From Arcobacteraceae bacterium (GTDB lineage: Bacteria > Campylobacterota > Campylobacteria > Campylobacterales > Arcobacteraceae): 64,000 nt of DNA. The position numbers and the translations under genes are program-made. The DNA is taken from NCBI GenBank assembly GCA_965224485.1, contig CBDCZH010000015.1, positions 128,001 through 192,000 of the forward strand, in the 5' to 3' direction. This document shows positions 54,721 through 64,000 of this stretch, piece by piece. The notes beneath the pieces were generated by a model. That model was not told where the DNA came from and ran no database searches. It worked only from the letters and a program-made list of their open reading frames with translations. Positions within the stretch are counted from its first letter, which is position 1. Every line of letters begins with the position of its first letter.

Positions 54721-54850
54721 ACACGACAAAACCTTGGAGAAAACAAGGTAGTAGTCGTGAAAATTTGAATTATTATATGTCATAAATAGATATAAATAAA
54801 TTTAATTATCTAAACGTTATTTACCTTGTTCTTCAAGTCAAACATTACAT
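54721..54850 (+). other. Decayed long attC
   Basis: ACACGAC-5bp-CTTGGAGA...AACAAGGTA / TACCTTGTT-CTTCAAG-6bp-ATTACAT; box spacing retained. Confidence 0.6.
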
Positions 54851-54867
54851 AAAAAAAGGAAAACTAA

Positions 54868-55173
54868 ATGATTACGTGTTATTTGAATTATATTATAGAT
54901 ACAAAGAAAATAAAAGAGTTTGAACATTATGCTAAATTATGGATTCCATTAGTAAATAAATTTGGAGGTAAGCACCATGGTTATTTTCTTCCTTCAGAAG
55001 GAAAGAATAATGTTGCATTAGCACTATTTACATTTCCAAGTTTTGCAAGTTATGAAAAATATAGAAACGAATCTTTTAAAGATAAAGAATGTATAGAAGC
55101 CTTTAAATATGCAGAAGAAACCAACTGTATTATTAGCTACGATAGAAGCTTTTTTAGACCAGTTTTTAGTTAA
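54868..55173 (+). CDS. NIPSNAP family protein
   Basis: FEHYAKLWIPLV..FGG.HHGYFLPSEG...FPSFASYEKYR. Confidence 0.85.
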   Translation: MITCYLNYIIDTKKIKEFEHYAKLWIPLVNKFGGKHHGYFLPSEGKNNVALALFTFPSFASYEKYRNESFKDKECIEAFKYAEETNCIISYDRSFFRPVFS

Positions 55174-55215
55174 GTAATAACAAATAAAAAATCTAATTTA
55201 TGGAGATAAATACTA

Positions 55216-55563
55216 GTGAAAATATCTTATCATCGTAGACGTAAAATGAAAACACGAAGAATTGCTTTAAGAGCTTTAATTTTACGAGGAATAACAGAAG
55301 CTAAAGATTTAGCAAAAGAATTAAAAGTTACAACTTCTACAATAAAAAGAGATTTAGAAGCACTTAAAACTATGAGTGAAAAAGACTTTACATTTGAAAA
55401 AAGGGAAACATCTAAAGAAATACTTGAGAAAAAAGACACTATATTAAAAATGTTAGATAATGAAGAGTATTATAATGAAAATGGTGAAATAAACATATCA
55501 AAAATAACAAAAGAACTTAAAACAAGTAGATCAACAGTTTTAGCTGTTTTAAATGGGGAATAA
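55216..55563 (+). CDS. Small protein with two HTH-like motifs
   Basis: DLAKELKVTTSTIKRDL and KITKELKTSRSTVLAVL; GTG start after GGAG. Confidence 0.7.
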   Translation: MKISYHRRRKMKTRRIALRALILRGITEAKDLAKELKVTTSTIKRDLEALKTMSEKDFTFEKRETSKEILEKKDTILKMLDNEEYYNENGEINISKITKELKTSRSTVLAVLNGE

Positions 55564-55579
55564 ATTTAAAGGAAGAGAA

Positions 55580-55873
55580 ATGATATTAGAAGTAGCCATC
55601 TTAGATGTAAAAGAAGAAGAAATAAAAAATTTTGAAGAAACTTTTAGGGAAGCTTCAAAGATAATCTCTTCTAAAAAGGGATATGTATCACATTCACTTC
55701 AAAAATGTATTGAAAAAGATAATAGATATTTATTAATGGTTACTTGGCAAACCCTGGAAGATCATACAATTGGGTTTAGAGAATCTAAAGAATATTTGCA
55801 GTGGAAAAAACTATTGCATCATTTTTATGAACCATTTCCAATAGTTGAGCATTATTGCGAAAATATTTTATAA
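55580..55873 (+). CDS. Antibiotic biosynthesis monooxygenase (ABM) family protein
   Basis: MILEVAILDV...YLLMVTWQTLEDHTIGFRES. Confidence 0.85.
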   Translation: MILEVAILDVKEEEIKNFEETFREASKIISSKKGYVSHSLQKCIEKDNRYLLMVTWQTLEDHTIGFRESKEYLQWKKLLHHFYEPFPIVEHYCENIL

Positions 55874-55888
55874 GATATTTATAATTAT

Positions 55889-55939
55889 TTGACAAAAAAG
55901 AAAAATAGTATTATAATTTTACCAAACAAGCGTTTGGGA
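55889..55939 (+). promoter_or_regulatory. Consensus sigma70 promoter plus palindromic operator
   Basis: TTGACA-17bp-TATAAT, then TACCAAACAAGCGTTTGGGA. Confidence 0.8.
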
Positions 55940-55947
55940 GAATTATT

Positions 55948-56499
55948 ATTAAAAAAACATCTAAAGAAGATATATTAGAACATTCAATCAAACTTTTTAA
56001 AATAAATGGATACCACCATACTACTATGTCTAATATTGCGGATGAATGTGGTTTACAAAAAGGAAGTATTTACCATTATTTTAAAAGCAAAGAAGAAATA
56101 GCATTAGAATCCTTAAAATATATTCATACATATTTCAAAGACAATATTTTTAATATTTCATATCAAGAAACTTTAACAAACAAAGAAAAGTTAAAATTAT
56201 TTGTAAAAAAAATTGATACTTATTTTTTAAATAGTAAAGGTGGATGTTTATTAGGAAACCTAGCTTTAGAAGTTTCATTAGGGAATATATTATTTCAAAA
56301 TGAAATAAAAGAATATTTTATAAATTGGGAAAAAGCACTAAGTAATATTCTTGAAGAATCTTATTCTAAAAGAGAAGCCCTAAACTTATCAAAAGAGTTT
56401 ATTGCTTTAACTCAAGGAGAAATAATGATGATGAATTTATATAATTCTAAAGATAATTATATAAAAGTTGGTAAAAAACTAATTGCTCTTATCGAGTAA
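55948..56499 (+). CDS. TetR/AcrR regulator (probable ATT start)
   Basis: KEDILEHSIKLFKINGYHHTTMSNIADECGLQKGSIYHYFKSKEE; GGCLLGN. Confidence 0.85.
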   Translation: MKKTSKEDILEHSIKLFKINGYHHTTMSNIADECGLQKGSIYHYFKSKEEIALESLKYIHTYFKDNIFNISYQETLTNKEKLKLFVKKIDTYFLNSKGGCLLGNLALEVSLGNILFQNEIKEYFINWEKALSNILEESYSKREALNLSKEFIALTQGEIMMMNLYNSKDNYIKVGKKLIALIE

Positions 56500-56516
56500 T
56501 TTTTTTTGAACTATAT

Positions 56517-56536
56517 AATAAAACAATCGTTTGGTA
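56517..56536 (+). promoter_or_regulatory. Second copy of the putative TetR operator
   Basis: AATAAAACAATCGTTTGGTA upstream of the HPP gene. Confidence 0.65.
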
Positions 56537-56562
56537 GATAAATCAAACACAAAAGGATAATA

Positions 56563-57075
56563 ATGATTTCGTATTTTAAAAAATTTAAAGGGACTCAAGA
56601 AGAACTTCCCAAAAGAGCAGCATCTAAAACAATACTATTAGCATGGATTGGTTCATTTTTAACAATAGCTATACTTATGCTCTTAAGTACAAATCTAAAT
56701 GAAACACTTATTTTAGGCTCTTTTGGTGCATCTTGTGTATTAGTTTTTGCTTTTCCTAAAAGTCCATTTTCCCAACCACGTAATGTTATATTGGGGCATT
56801 GTATATCAAGTTTTACAGGTTTATGCTTTTTACATTTTGTAGGTGAGCAATGGTGGAGTTTAGCTCTTGCTTTAGCTAGTGCAATTGCTTTTATGCTTAT
56901 AACAAGAACAGTTCATCCCCCAGCTGGTTCAAATCCTGTTATAGTATTTTTAGCAGGATCAAATTGGCAATTTTTAATAACACCTACACTATTAGGTTCA
57001 ATCATTTTAGTAATAATCGCAGTTTTTTATCTAAATTTAAAAAAAGACCAACAATATCCTTCTTATTGGTTCTAA
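56563..57075 (+). CDS. HPP family membrane protein
   Basis: SFGASCVL, SPFSQPRNV, HPPAG. Confidence 0.92.
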   Translation: MISYFKKFKGTQEELPKRAASKTILLAWIGSFLTIAILMLLSTNLNETLILGSFGASCVLVFAFPKSPFSQPRNVILGHCISSFTGLCFLHFVGEQWWSLALALASAIAFMLITRTVHPPAGSNPVIVFLAGSNWQFLITPTLLGSIILVIIAVFYLNLKKDQQYPSYWF

Positions 57076-57197
57076 ATTAAAATTAGAGTTTATTATTCTT
57101 TGTATTTTTTATAATAAACCCTAACTTTGATATAATAATAAGTATAAAAATACTTTTATACTCTAGTAAAATATATGCACTTACAAAGGATGAGAAT

Positions 57198-57569
57198 ATG
57201 CCACATTTTATAATAGATTGTTCAAAGGATGTGCTTAAAACACATTCTTCCAAAAAGATAATTTCTGAAGTTCAAAAAAGTGCTATTTCCACAAAATTAT
57301 TTCATAAAAAAGATATAAAAGTAAGACTTAACTCTTTTGATGATTATGTAACAGGAGAGAAAAAAGAAGATTTTATTCATGTTTTTGCAAATATCATGGA
57401 AGGAAGAACAATAAAGCAAAAAGCGAATCTTTCAAAAACAATAGTTAAAAATTTAGCAAGTATATTTCCACTTGTTCCTAATATAGGAACAAATGTAATT
57501 GAATTTGAAAAAGCAAGTTATTTTAATAAAAACATGCTTGATAAAGATTATGAATTTTCAATGCCATAA
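57198..57569 (+). CDS. CHMI-like tautomerase/isomerase
   Basis: N-terminal PH, IKVR, FIHV...MEGRT. Confidence 0.85.
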   Translation: MPHFIIDCSKDVLKTHSSKKIISEVQKSAISTKLFHKKDIKVRLNSFDDYVTGEKKEDFIHVFANIMEGRTIKQKANLSKTIVKNLASIFPLVPNIGTNVIEFEKASYFNKNMLDKDYEFSMP

Positions 57570-58804
57570 AAACTATTTGTATAATTTTCTAGTTTTTCTC
57601 TAAGAACAGAAATCTTTTTATCAAAATTTTCATCATTTATTAATTGATCAATATAAAGTTTTGCCAGCCTACTTTTTAAAATATAATGTTTTGGATAATA
57701 CTCTTTTACTAAAAAATATACATATTGAGCTAAATCATCTTTAGCAATAAATTGATGCTCATAATTTTCTCTTTTAAAAATAGCACAGGTTAGTCCTTCT
57801 TTAATAGCGCTAATTATTCCTTCTGCACTTTTATCTTTTACAAAAACAATAGTAAATCTTTCACCTATCTCATGGTCACTATCATGGGCATCAGAATTAG
57901 CAAATGGCGATAAATACTTATATTTATTTTTTGTTTGAAGAGCTGTTAAATGAGTCATATTATTATGCTCTTTAATCTTCTCTTCTCCAAAAACTTCAAC
58001 TCCATCTAAGTGTGAACTTTTTAGCATTTCTTTATAAAAAGCTTGATGAAGATGATATTTCCCATCTTTATATACCCAATTAGGGTGGGCAAGAATTGAA
58101 ATACCCTTTGCTTCTTTTATTTTATTTATTACCCAGATATTTTTAGCATAATGTTTTAAATCAATACTTTTATTAATATTTTCTTTTTTTAAATCTTTTA
58201 CAATAGTATCTAATTCTTTTTCATATTCTTTTTTATTAGATCTTTGCTTATCTATTGACTTATTTGTGTTTATTGCTAAAATATGTCCATTACCTTGAGA
58301 AATAGTCATATCTCGTTTTCCACCTACACTTACTTCTTCTCCTGGTAAAACTAAAATATCAATATTATTTTTCTTAACTTTTTTTATTGCTATTTCGGAA
58401 CCTTCATAAGTATCATGATCAGTGACACTTAAAAAATCCATTCCTTTATCTAGGGAAGCTAAAACAAGAGCAAAAGGGCTTGTTCTACCATCAGAATATG
58501 TTGAGTGCATATGTAAATCACCCTTTAAGGGTCTAAGTTTAATCATATTTTTATCTAAACAGTATAAACAGACTGTTTTACTCTCTTTATAAGTAAAATT
58601 CACCTTTATTATGAACTCACCTATATATGGCATTTTATATGAAAAAAGTATATTATTGTTTTTGATTTTATATTCAAGTTCATCTTTATGATAATAATCA
58701 CTACGAGAAAGAATTTCTATAGATTCAATATTTCTTGTATTTTTTAAAGAAAGTTCATAATGTATATTTTTATTTTGTTCTATAACATTTGGAGTAATTT
58801 TCAA
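57548..58804 (-). CDS. PHP-domain metallohydrolase
   Basis: GDLHMHSTYSDG, TDHD, GEE, AHP, NSDAH. Confidence 0.85.
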   Translation of the reverse strand: MKITPNVIEQNKNIHYELSLKNTRNIESIEILSRSDYYHKDELEYKIKNNNILFSYKMPYIGEFIIKVNFTYKESKTVCLYCLDKNMIKLRPLKGDLHMHSTYSDGRTSPFALVLASLDKGMDFLSVTDHDTYEGSEIAIKKVKKNNIDILVLPGEEVSVGGKRDMTISQGNGHILAINTNKSIDKQRSNKKEYEKELDTIVKDLKKENINKSIDLKHYAKNIWVINKIKEAKGISILAHPNWVYKDGKYHLHQAFYKEMLKSSHLDGVEVFGEEKIKEHNNMTHLTALQTKNKYKYLSPFANSDAHDSDHEIGERFTIVFVKDKSAEGIISAIKEGLTCAIFKRENYEHQFIAKDDLAQYVYFLVKEYYPKHYILKSRLAKLYIDQLINDENFDKKISVLREKLENYTNSFYGIENS

Positions 58805-58895
58805 AAGATTTTCCTGCTTTTTTTATAGTTTAACTATAAATAATTACAAGATGGTTACATAAAACAAGCAAAGAAACTCTTTTGCTTATCTTAAC

Positions 58896-59531
58896 TTATT
58901 TAATAAATTCAATTACATCTTCGAATTTTGATCTTAGTTGTTTAGATTGTTCATTTATTCTATATCCAAAAGGAAGAACCATAGATACTTGGTATTTACT
59001 AGTATCAAGTTCTAAAACTTTTTCAAGCTTTTCCTTTTCAAAACCCTCGATAGGACAAGAATCAATTTCTAAGCTTGCAGCTGCATTCATCATATTAGCA
59101 GCAGCAATATAAGTTTGTCTTGCACTCCATTGAAAAATTTTATCATCATCATTTAGAACATTGCTCAGATGTGAAGCATAAAGTTCTATAAATGAATCTA
59201 ATTTTTCAGTTGGTAAATTGCGACGAAGAAGTTGTGAGCGAACTACGCCGCTTTCTACTTTTAGGCTATTTATTCCAGCTAATACAATTACTAAGTGAGA
59301 ACAAGTTGTAATTTGAGCTTGATTCCAACAAAAAGGTCTTATTTTTTCTCTTAATTCTTTATTACTTATAACTAAAAACTTCCATGCTTCCATTCCAAAA
59401 GAACTAGGAGATATTCTTGCCATTTCTAAAATATAAGAGATATCTTCATCATTGATTTTTTTACTCTCATCAAATATTTTGCAAGCATGTCTAAAATTCA
59501 TTAGTGTTGAAAAATTATCTTTTTTATTCAT
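58896..59531 (-). CDS. NAD(P)H nitroreductase
   Basis: RHACKIFD, SPSSFGMEAW, SCPIEGF, FGYR. Confidence 0.9.
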   Translation of the reverse strand: MNKKDNFSTLMNFRHACKIFDESKKINDEDISYILEMARISPSSFGMEAWKFLVISNKELREKIRPFCWNQAQITTCSHLVIVLAGINSLKVESGVVRSQLLRRNLPTEKLDSFIELYASHLSNVLNDDDKIFQWSARQTYIAAANMMNAAASLEIDSCPIEGFEKEKLEKVLELDTSKYQVSMVLPFGYRINEQSKQLRSKFEDVIEFIK

Positions 59532-59551
59532 TATTTGCCTTTTTAATTAGT

Positions 59552-60208
59552 TTATATAAGTTTTAAAGAATAAATAACAGTAATACTAAGAGTATAAGCT
59601 GCAAGCAAATATACATTTCTAGGATTTCCTGAAAGTTTTGGTGTTTTAATTTCTGATACATTTAAAATAGCAAGGCCAACAGCACTTGAATATAAAACTA
59701 TTGTAAAAGCACCATGACTCATTATACTTTCTAATAAAAATATAGAAACTAAGATTAAACTATTATTGTCAAGTGCTAAACCTGTATACTTAGTACCACC
59801 TGCTAAACCATAAGTACTAAAATAACTAAGTCTAATAGCAGCTGCGCTTAACATTATAAATGCTCCTATCAAATATATAGGCTCAAATTTTCCATAACTT
59901 AAGAGTAAAATGGCTGGAGTTACCCCATAACTTACTATATCAATTACAACATCAAGTTGTCCACCAAATTTAGCATCATTAGTAGTTCTACCTTTTAGTT
60001 TTCTAGCTACTAAACCATCAGCCCAATCAAAAGCAACAGCCCAAACCATTCCAATCATAGCCGCAGAATAAACTCCTATGATTGAGAAATAAATAGCTAA
60101 AACAGTACATAACAATCCACTAAGAGATAAAAGATTTGGAAGGTCTTTAACATAAGATAGAATTGTAGGTTGTTTTGGTTCTAAAGCGTTAGAATTTTTG
60201 TTTAACAT
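59552..60208 (-). CDS. CDP-alcohol phosphatidyltransferase family protein
   Basis: DWADGLVAR...GGQLDVVID signature. Confidence 0.9.
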   Translation of the reverse strand: MLNKNSNALEPKQPTILSYVKDLPNLLSLSGLLCTVLAIYFSIIGVYSAAMIGMVWAVAFDWADGLVARKLKGRTTNDAKFGGQLDVVIDIVSYGVTPAILLLSYGKFEPIYLIGAFIMLSAAAIRLSYFSTYGLAGGTKYTGLALDNNSLILVSIFLLESIMSHGAFTIVLYSSAVGLAILNVSEIKTPKLSGNPRNVYLLAAYTLSITVIYSLKLI

Positions 60209-60314
60209 AAAAGAAGTCCTTAGGAGTAATAATTTTCTTTGAATGATGCCAAATATTTGGCATAAAAATGCTATCTTACCATAAATACTATTATTATTTG
60301 AAGGAAAATAAATT

Positions 60315-60770
60315 ATGCTTGTATATACTGTTGGAACTTTTGATTTGTTACATGTTGGTCATTTGGCTTTATTAGAATATTGTAAAACATTAGGTGATAA
60401 ATTTGTTGTAGGAGTTGCTTCTGATGAAGTTGTAGGCTCATATAAAAGGAATGTTCCTGTTATTCCTTTAAACCAAAGAATGGAAATGCTTAAAGCTTTA
60501 CAATGTGTAGATGATGTTGTATCTTATAATAAACTTGATTATGTAACTAATTGTAAAGATTTAGATATTGATATTTTTGTTATTGGAGAAGATTGGGGAG
60601 ACAGTGCACATAATATAGCAGTTGAGAAATACCTTAAATCAAAAGGTAAAAGAATAATTCAAGTTTCTTATAATCCAGAAACATCATCAACAAAAATAAA
60701 ACAAAATGTTATAGCCCAAGCTCATAAAGGTAAATACCTAGCTCATGAACTTACTAAGATTGATGCTTAA
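60315..60770 (+). CDS. TagD-like cytidylyltransferase
   Basis: GTFDLLHVGH, GEDW, SSTKIK. Confidence 0.9.
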   Translation: MLVYTVGTFDLLHVGHLALLEYCKTLGDKFVVGVASDEVVGSYKRNVPVIPLNQRMEMLKALQCVDDVVSYNKLDYVTNCKDLDIDIFVIGEDWGDSAHNIAVEKYLKSKGKRIIQVSYNPETSSTKIKQNVIAQAHKGKYLAHELTKIDA

Positions 60771-60804
60771 AAAACTAATATATTCTAAAACTGTATAAAA
60801 CCTT

Positions 60805-61575
60805 TTAAGGTTTTATACAAAGTACCTCAGCACCCATAAGATTTTTATCTCCACAACTTTTAAATATTCTTTCATATTTTTTATTCTTTTTTATAAGAGA
60901 AAGACCTTTATCTAACTTATCCATAAAATATTTACTATCTTTGTGTTTTTTAGAAAAAGCCGCATATATATCTAAAGATTCCCCTTTAAATACTTTTTTT
61001 AATAAACCTTCAAATTTATTTTTTTTAATAAGTTCAGCAGCTATATCATCATAAAGAAGAATCATATCTACTCTTTTTCTTCTTAATTTCTCAAAATTTT
61101 GAAAATGTGTAGCTACGCGCTCTAAAGTTATATTGTTTTTATTTAAATCTATAAAATCACCATAATTATAACCTACAATTATTCCAACTTTGATAGAAGA
61201 GTCTAAATCATTCATATTTTTCAAGCTAAGTAAAGATGAATCTTTTAAAACGTAAAAATGAGAAGAAACAGAAAATAAAGGTTTTTTACCAAATAAATAC
61301 TTTCTCCTATTTACACTTACATTTCCAAAACTAATACCAAGTATACTAACCCCTGCTTTTAATTTTTCTTTTATTCTAGCAAAAGGCAGAATTTTAAAAT
61401 CACTAGTGATATTTACTTCTTCATATGCTGTACGTAATAAACTATTTGCAATACCAGAACCATCAATATTTGAATAAGGTGGCCACTCATCTTCTGCTAA
61501 AATTTCAACATTTTCATTTGCAAAAGAGAAACTAATACAAAATACTAAGATATATAAGACCTTAAACATTATCAA
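60805..61575 (-). CDS. Periplasmic substrate-binding protein (family 3)
   Basis: Signal peptide; WPPY, PFAR, GYNYG. Confidence 0.8.
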   Translation of the reverse strand: MIMFKVLYILVFCISFSFANENVEILAEDEWPPYSNIDGSGIANSLLRTAYEEVNITSDFKILPFARIKEKLKAGVSILGISFGNVSVNRRKYLFGKKPLFSVSSHFYVLKDSSLLSLKNMNDLDSSIKVGIIVGYNYGDFIDLNKNNITLERVATHFQNFEKLRRKRVDMILLYDDIAAELIKKNKFEGLLKKVFKGESLDIYAAFSKKHKDSKYFMDKLDKGLSLIKKNKKYERIFKSCGDKNLMGAEVLCIKP

Positions 61576-61578
61576 CCT

Positions 61579-63030
61579 TTAATTGTTATTTACTAAAGTT
61601 ATACAAAATTCAACACCACCTTGAATATTTTTAACTTCTAAACTTCCATTCATATTCTTTTCTATAATCATCTTACTCATATACAAACCAAGCCCTGTTG
61701 CATTCTTTTTATCTTTAGTTGAAAAATATGGTTCAAAAATCTTTTTAATAATATTTTCTTTAATTCCACCAGCATTATCACTAAGTAATATTTGAGTATT
61801 TTCTAAATTCTCTTTAATTGAAATATTTATTTTTGCATCTTTGTTGCTATTTGTTAACTTATGTTTATTGATAAAAGCATCTTTTGAGTTCATAAGTAGA
61901 TTTATTATCACTTGAGCTAATTCATTTTTATATGCAAGTAATTTTGTATTTTGCTCTCCAAAATCTTTTTGTATTTTAATACCTTCATGCTTGAGTGTAT
62001 CTTTTAATAAAGAGATTGAATTTGTAATAACATCACTTATATAAAACTCATCTTTTATTTTATTATCTTTAAAGAAATTTCCAAAATCATCTATTGTTGT
62101 AGACATATTTTGTGCAATAATTTTACTTCTTTCACATTGTTCATCTAAAAACTTTTCATCTAATTTATTTAGTTTATAAGCTAATTGAATATTTTGTGTA
62201 ATTGTATTTAAAGCACTTAAAGGTTGTCTCCACTGATGGGCAATCATAGATATCATATCTCCCATATCTGCTAATCTTGATTTTTGAATTAAAATTTGCT
62301 CATGCTCTTTTCTTTTATTTATCTCATACTTTACTTTGGATTCTAAGTTATCTTGATGTTCTTGTAAAAGAGTAAATTGTTTAGATATTTTTGTTTTCAT
62401 TTTATTAAGTACATTAAATAAAGACTCAAATTCAACAATATCAATATTATGCTCTTTTGTATAATTTCCACTTTCAATTTCATGAGCAGATAAGGCTAAA
62501 AGCTCTAATGGTCTTTTTAGTAATAATTTAAATACTATAAGAGTTAAAATTGCAATAGTAAGCAAGGTAATTAGTAATAAGGCAAGATTAGTATATAAAA
62601 TATCAAGAAGATTTTCTTTTAATTTATCTTTTGAAAAATAGATTTTAATATTTCCAATTATTTCTTTATTATATTTAATATCAAGATTAGTAAAATCTAG
62701 TTTTTCATTATATTTTACACTCTTATATAAGTATAAAGAATTATTTAAATCATCTTTTATTTCTAAAAAAACTAAAGACTCATCAGCTTCAAAAGATTTT
62801 GCAATTAATTTGATAGAAACCAAATCAATACTCCAAATAGGAAAAGTAACAGCAGATACTAAAGCATTTAAAGTAACTTCATTTTGCTTATTAAAATGAT
62901 CTAAGGCAATATTCTTATTGATTGTATATAATAATACTGTTGTTAATATTGAAACTAAAGAAACCCCCATAATAAGAATAAGGGATAATCTTCTTGATAA
63001 AGATATACTTTTTTTCAAAACACACTCCAT
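61579..63030 (-). CDS. Sensor histidine kinase
   Basis: Two TM segments, HAMP, IAHQWRQPL, DNAGGI, GLGLYMS. Confidence 0.92.
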   Translation of the reverse strand: MECVLKKSISLSRRLSLILIMGVSLVSILTTVLLYTINKNIALDHFNKQNEVTLNALVSAVTFPIWSIDLVSIKLIAKSFEADESLVFLEIKDDLNNSLYLYKSVKYNEKLDFTNLDIKYNKEIIGNIKIYFSKDKLKENLLDILYTNLALLLITLLTIAILTLIVFKLLLKRPLELLALSAHEIESGNYTKEHNIDIVEFESLFNVLNKMKTKISKQFTLLQEHQDNLESKVKYEINKRKEHEQILIQKSRLADMGDMISMIAHQWRQPLSALNTITQNIQLAYKLNKLDEKFLDEQCERSKIIAQNMSTTIDDFGNFFKDNKIKDEFYISDVITNSISLLKDTLKHEGIKIQKDFGEQNTKLLAYKNELAQVIINLLMNSKDAFINKHKLTNSNKDAKINISIKENLENTQILLSDNAGGIKENIIKKIFEPYFSTKDKKNATGLGLYMSKMIIEKNMNGSLEVKNIQGGVEFCITLVNNN

Positions 63031-63075
63031 AAATTTACTTTATTATTTTATCTAAACTTTTAAAAAATTAAGATT

Positions 63076-63960
63076 CTAAGATTTTAACACATTTTGCTGT
63101 GATGATATCTTGTAAACTCTTGAAAAAAACTCAAACTCTAGATAATAAGCGTGTAACATTAAACGTTTAGCTCCACATATCTTTTGTGCTTTTTCTTCTA
63201 AGATATCACCTTTTAAAAGCTTATCTACAAACTCTTCATCTAATCCATAAATAGGATCCCCTACAATAGAGTTATTTATAAAATCTAAATGCACTCTTAT
63301 TTGATGCTGTCTTCCTGTATAAGGAATAGCTTCAACTAAGGTCTGATTCTTTATCTTATTGTAGAAAATAGGTTTTATAAGGGTGCTTGAATCTTTACCT
63401 TCTTTGCTAACCTCCATCTTAATAGAAATTAAACCTTTTGACTTTCCAATCTTTTCATTTATAAGTAATTCTTGCTTTATTTCATTTTTAACTAAGGCTT
63501 TATATTTTTTTACAAACTTTTTCTCCTCAAACATTGAAGATAAAATCATATGAGCATAGTTATTTTTTGAAACTAATACTAAACCAGAAGTTTGTGCATC
63601 TATACGGTGAACCAACTGGGCATTGTCACCATAAAAAAAGCGTATTTCATCTAATAGTGTATACTCATTACTTCTTAAAACTGGATGAACCTTTAAAGGG
63701 CTTGGTTTATCAAAAATAGCAAAATGCTCAGTCTCAAAAATAGCTTTTAAGTTTTTACTTCTAGGCTCAAAGATACTAAGTTCAATAAAACCATCTTTAA
63801 TTATAAGACCTTTTTGTAAACGTCTATTCTTATGATCAATGATTCTGCCTTTTGAAAGAAGTTTTAAAGCAAGTTTTTCTTTAAGTTTAAGAGTATCTAA
63901 TAAAAAGTCTTCTATTTTAATACTTTTATTTATATTATATTTTTTTAAGACATAGGGCAT
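63076..63960 (-). CDS. RluA-family pseudouridine synthase
   Basis: HRIDAQTSG, GRQHQIRVH, GDPIY. Confidence 0.9.
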   Translation of the reverse strand: MPYVLKKYNINKSIKIEDFLLDTLKLKEKLALKLLSKGRIIDHKNRRLQKGLIIKDGFIELSIFEPRSKNLKAIFETEHFAIFDKPSPLKVHPVLRSNEYTLLDEIRFFYGDNAQLVHRIDAQTSGLVLVSKNNYAHMILSSMFEEKKFVKKYKALVKNEIKQELLINEKIGKSKGLISIKMEVSKEGKDSSTLIKPIFYNKIKNQTLVEAIPYTGRQHQIRVHLDFINNSIVGDPIYGLDEEFVDKLLKGDILEEKAQKICGAKRLMLHAYYLEFEFFSRVYKISSQQNVLKS

Positions 63961-64000
63961 ATTTATAAAACTCTTAGGTAAAAATTATTTTTAAAATATT

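Overview
Low-GC Campylobacterota chromosome segment, most likely Arcobacteraceae (inferred from the flagellar gene set, the HQWRQP H-box kinase and sigma70-type promoters). Layout: 1-19.6 kb flagellar/chemotaxis cluster; 19.6-43 kb housekeeping genes, a Cache/CZB chemoreceptor, an ankyrin protein and a type I secretion operon with no adjacent substrate; 43.4-46.9 kb a tandemly duplicated structured non-coding unit plus rpsL-rpsG-fusA; 46.9-55.2 kb an accessory island; 55-64 kb small regulatory, detox and lipid genes. fusA is broken by indels that look like assembly errors, so other frameshifts here are suspect too. The island is the main result: it reads as an integron cassette array with no integrase in the window. 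It has two near-identical attI-like sites whose homology stops exactly at GTT, one canonical 58-bp attC whose R'' box complements the cassette start, and two decayed attC sites. Each attI-like site sits behind a MITE-like element with imperfect terminal inverted repeats; the longer copy folds better on one strand. The cargo looks defence-related: a nucleotidyltransferase plus DUF262 pair, YefM-YoeB, a Septu-like ATPase plus HNH, and RhuM. All calls come from reading sequence and motifs; no searches were run.
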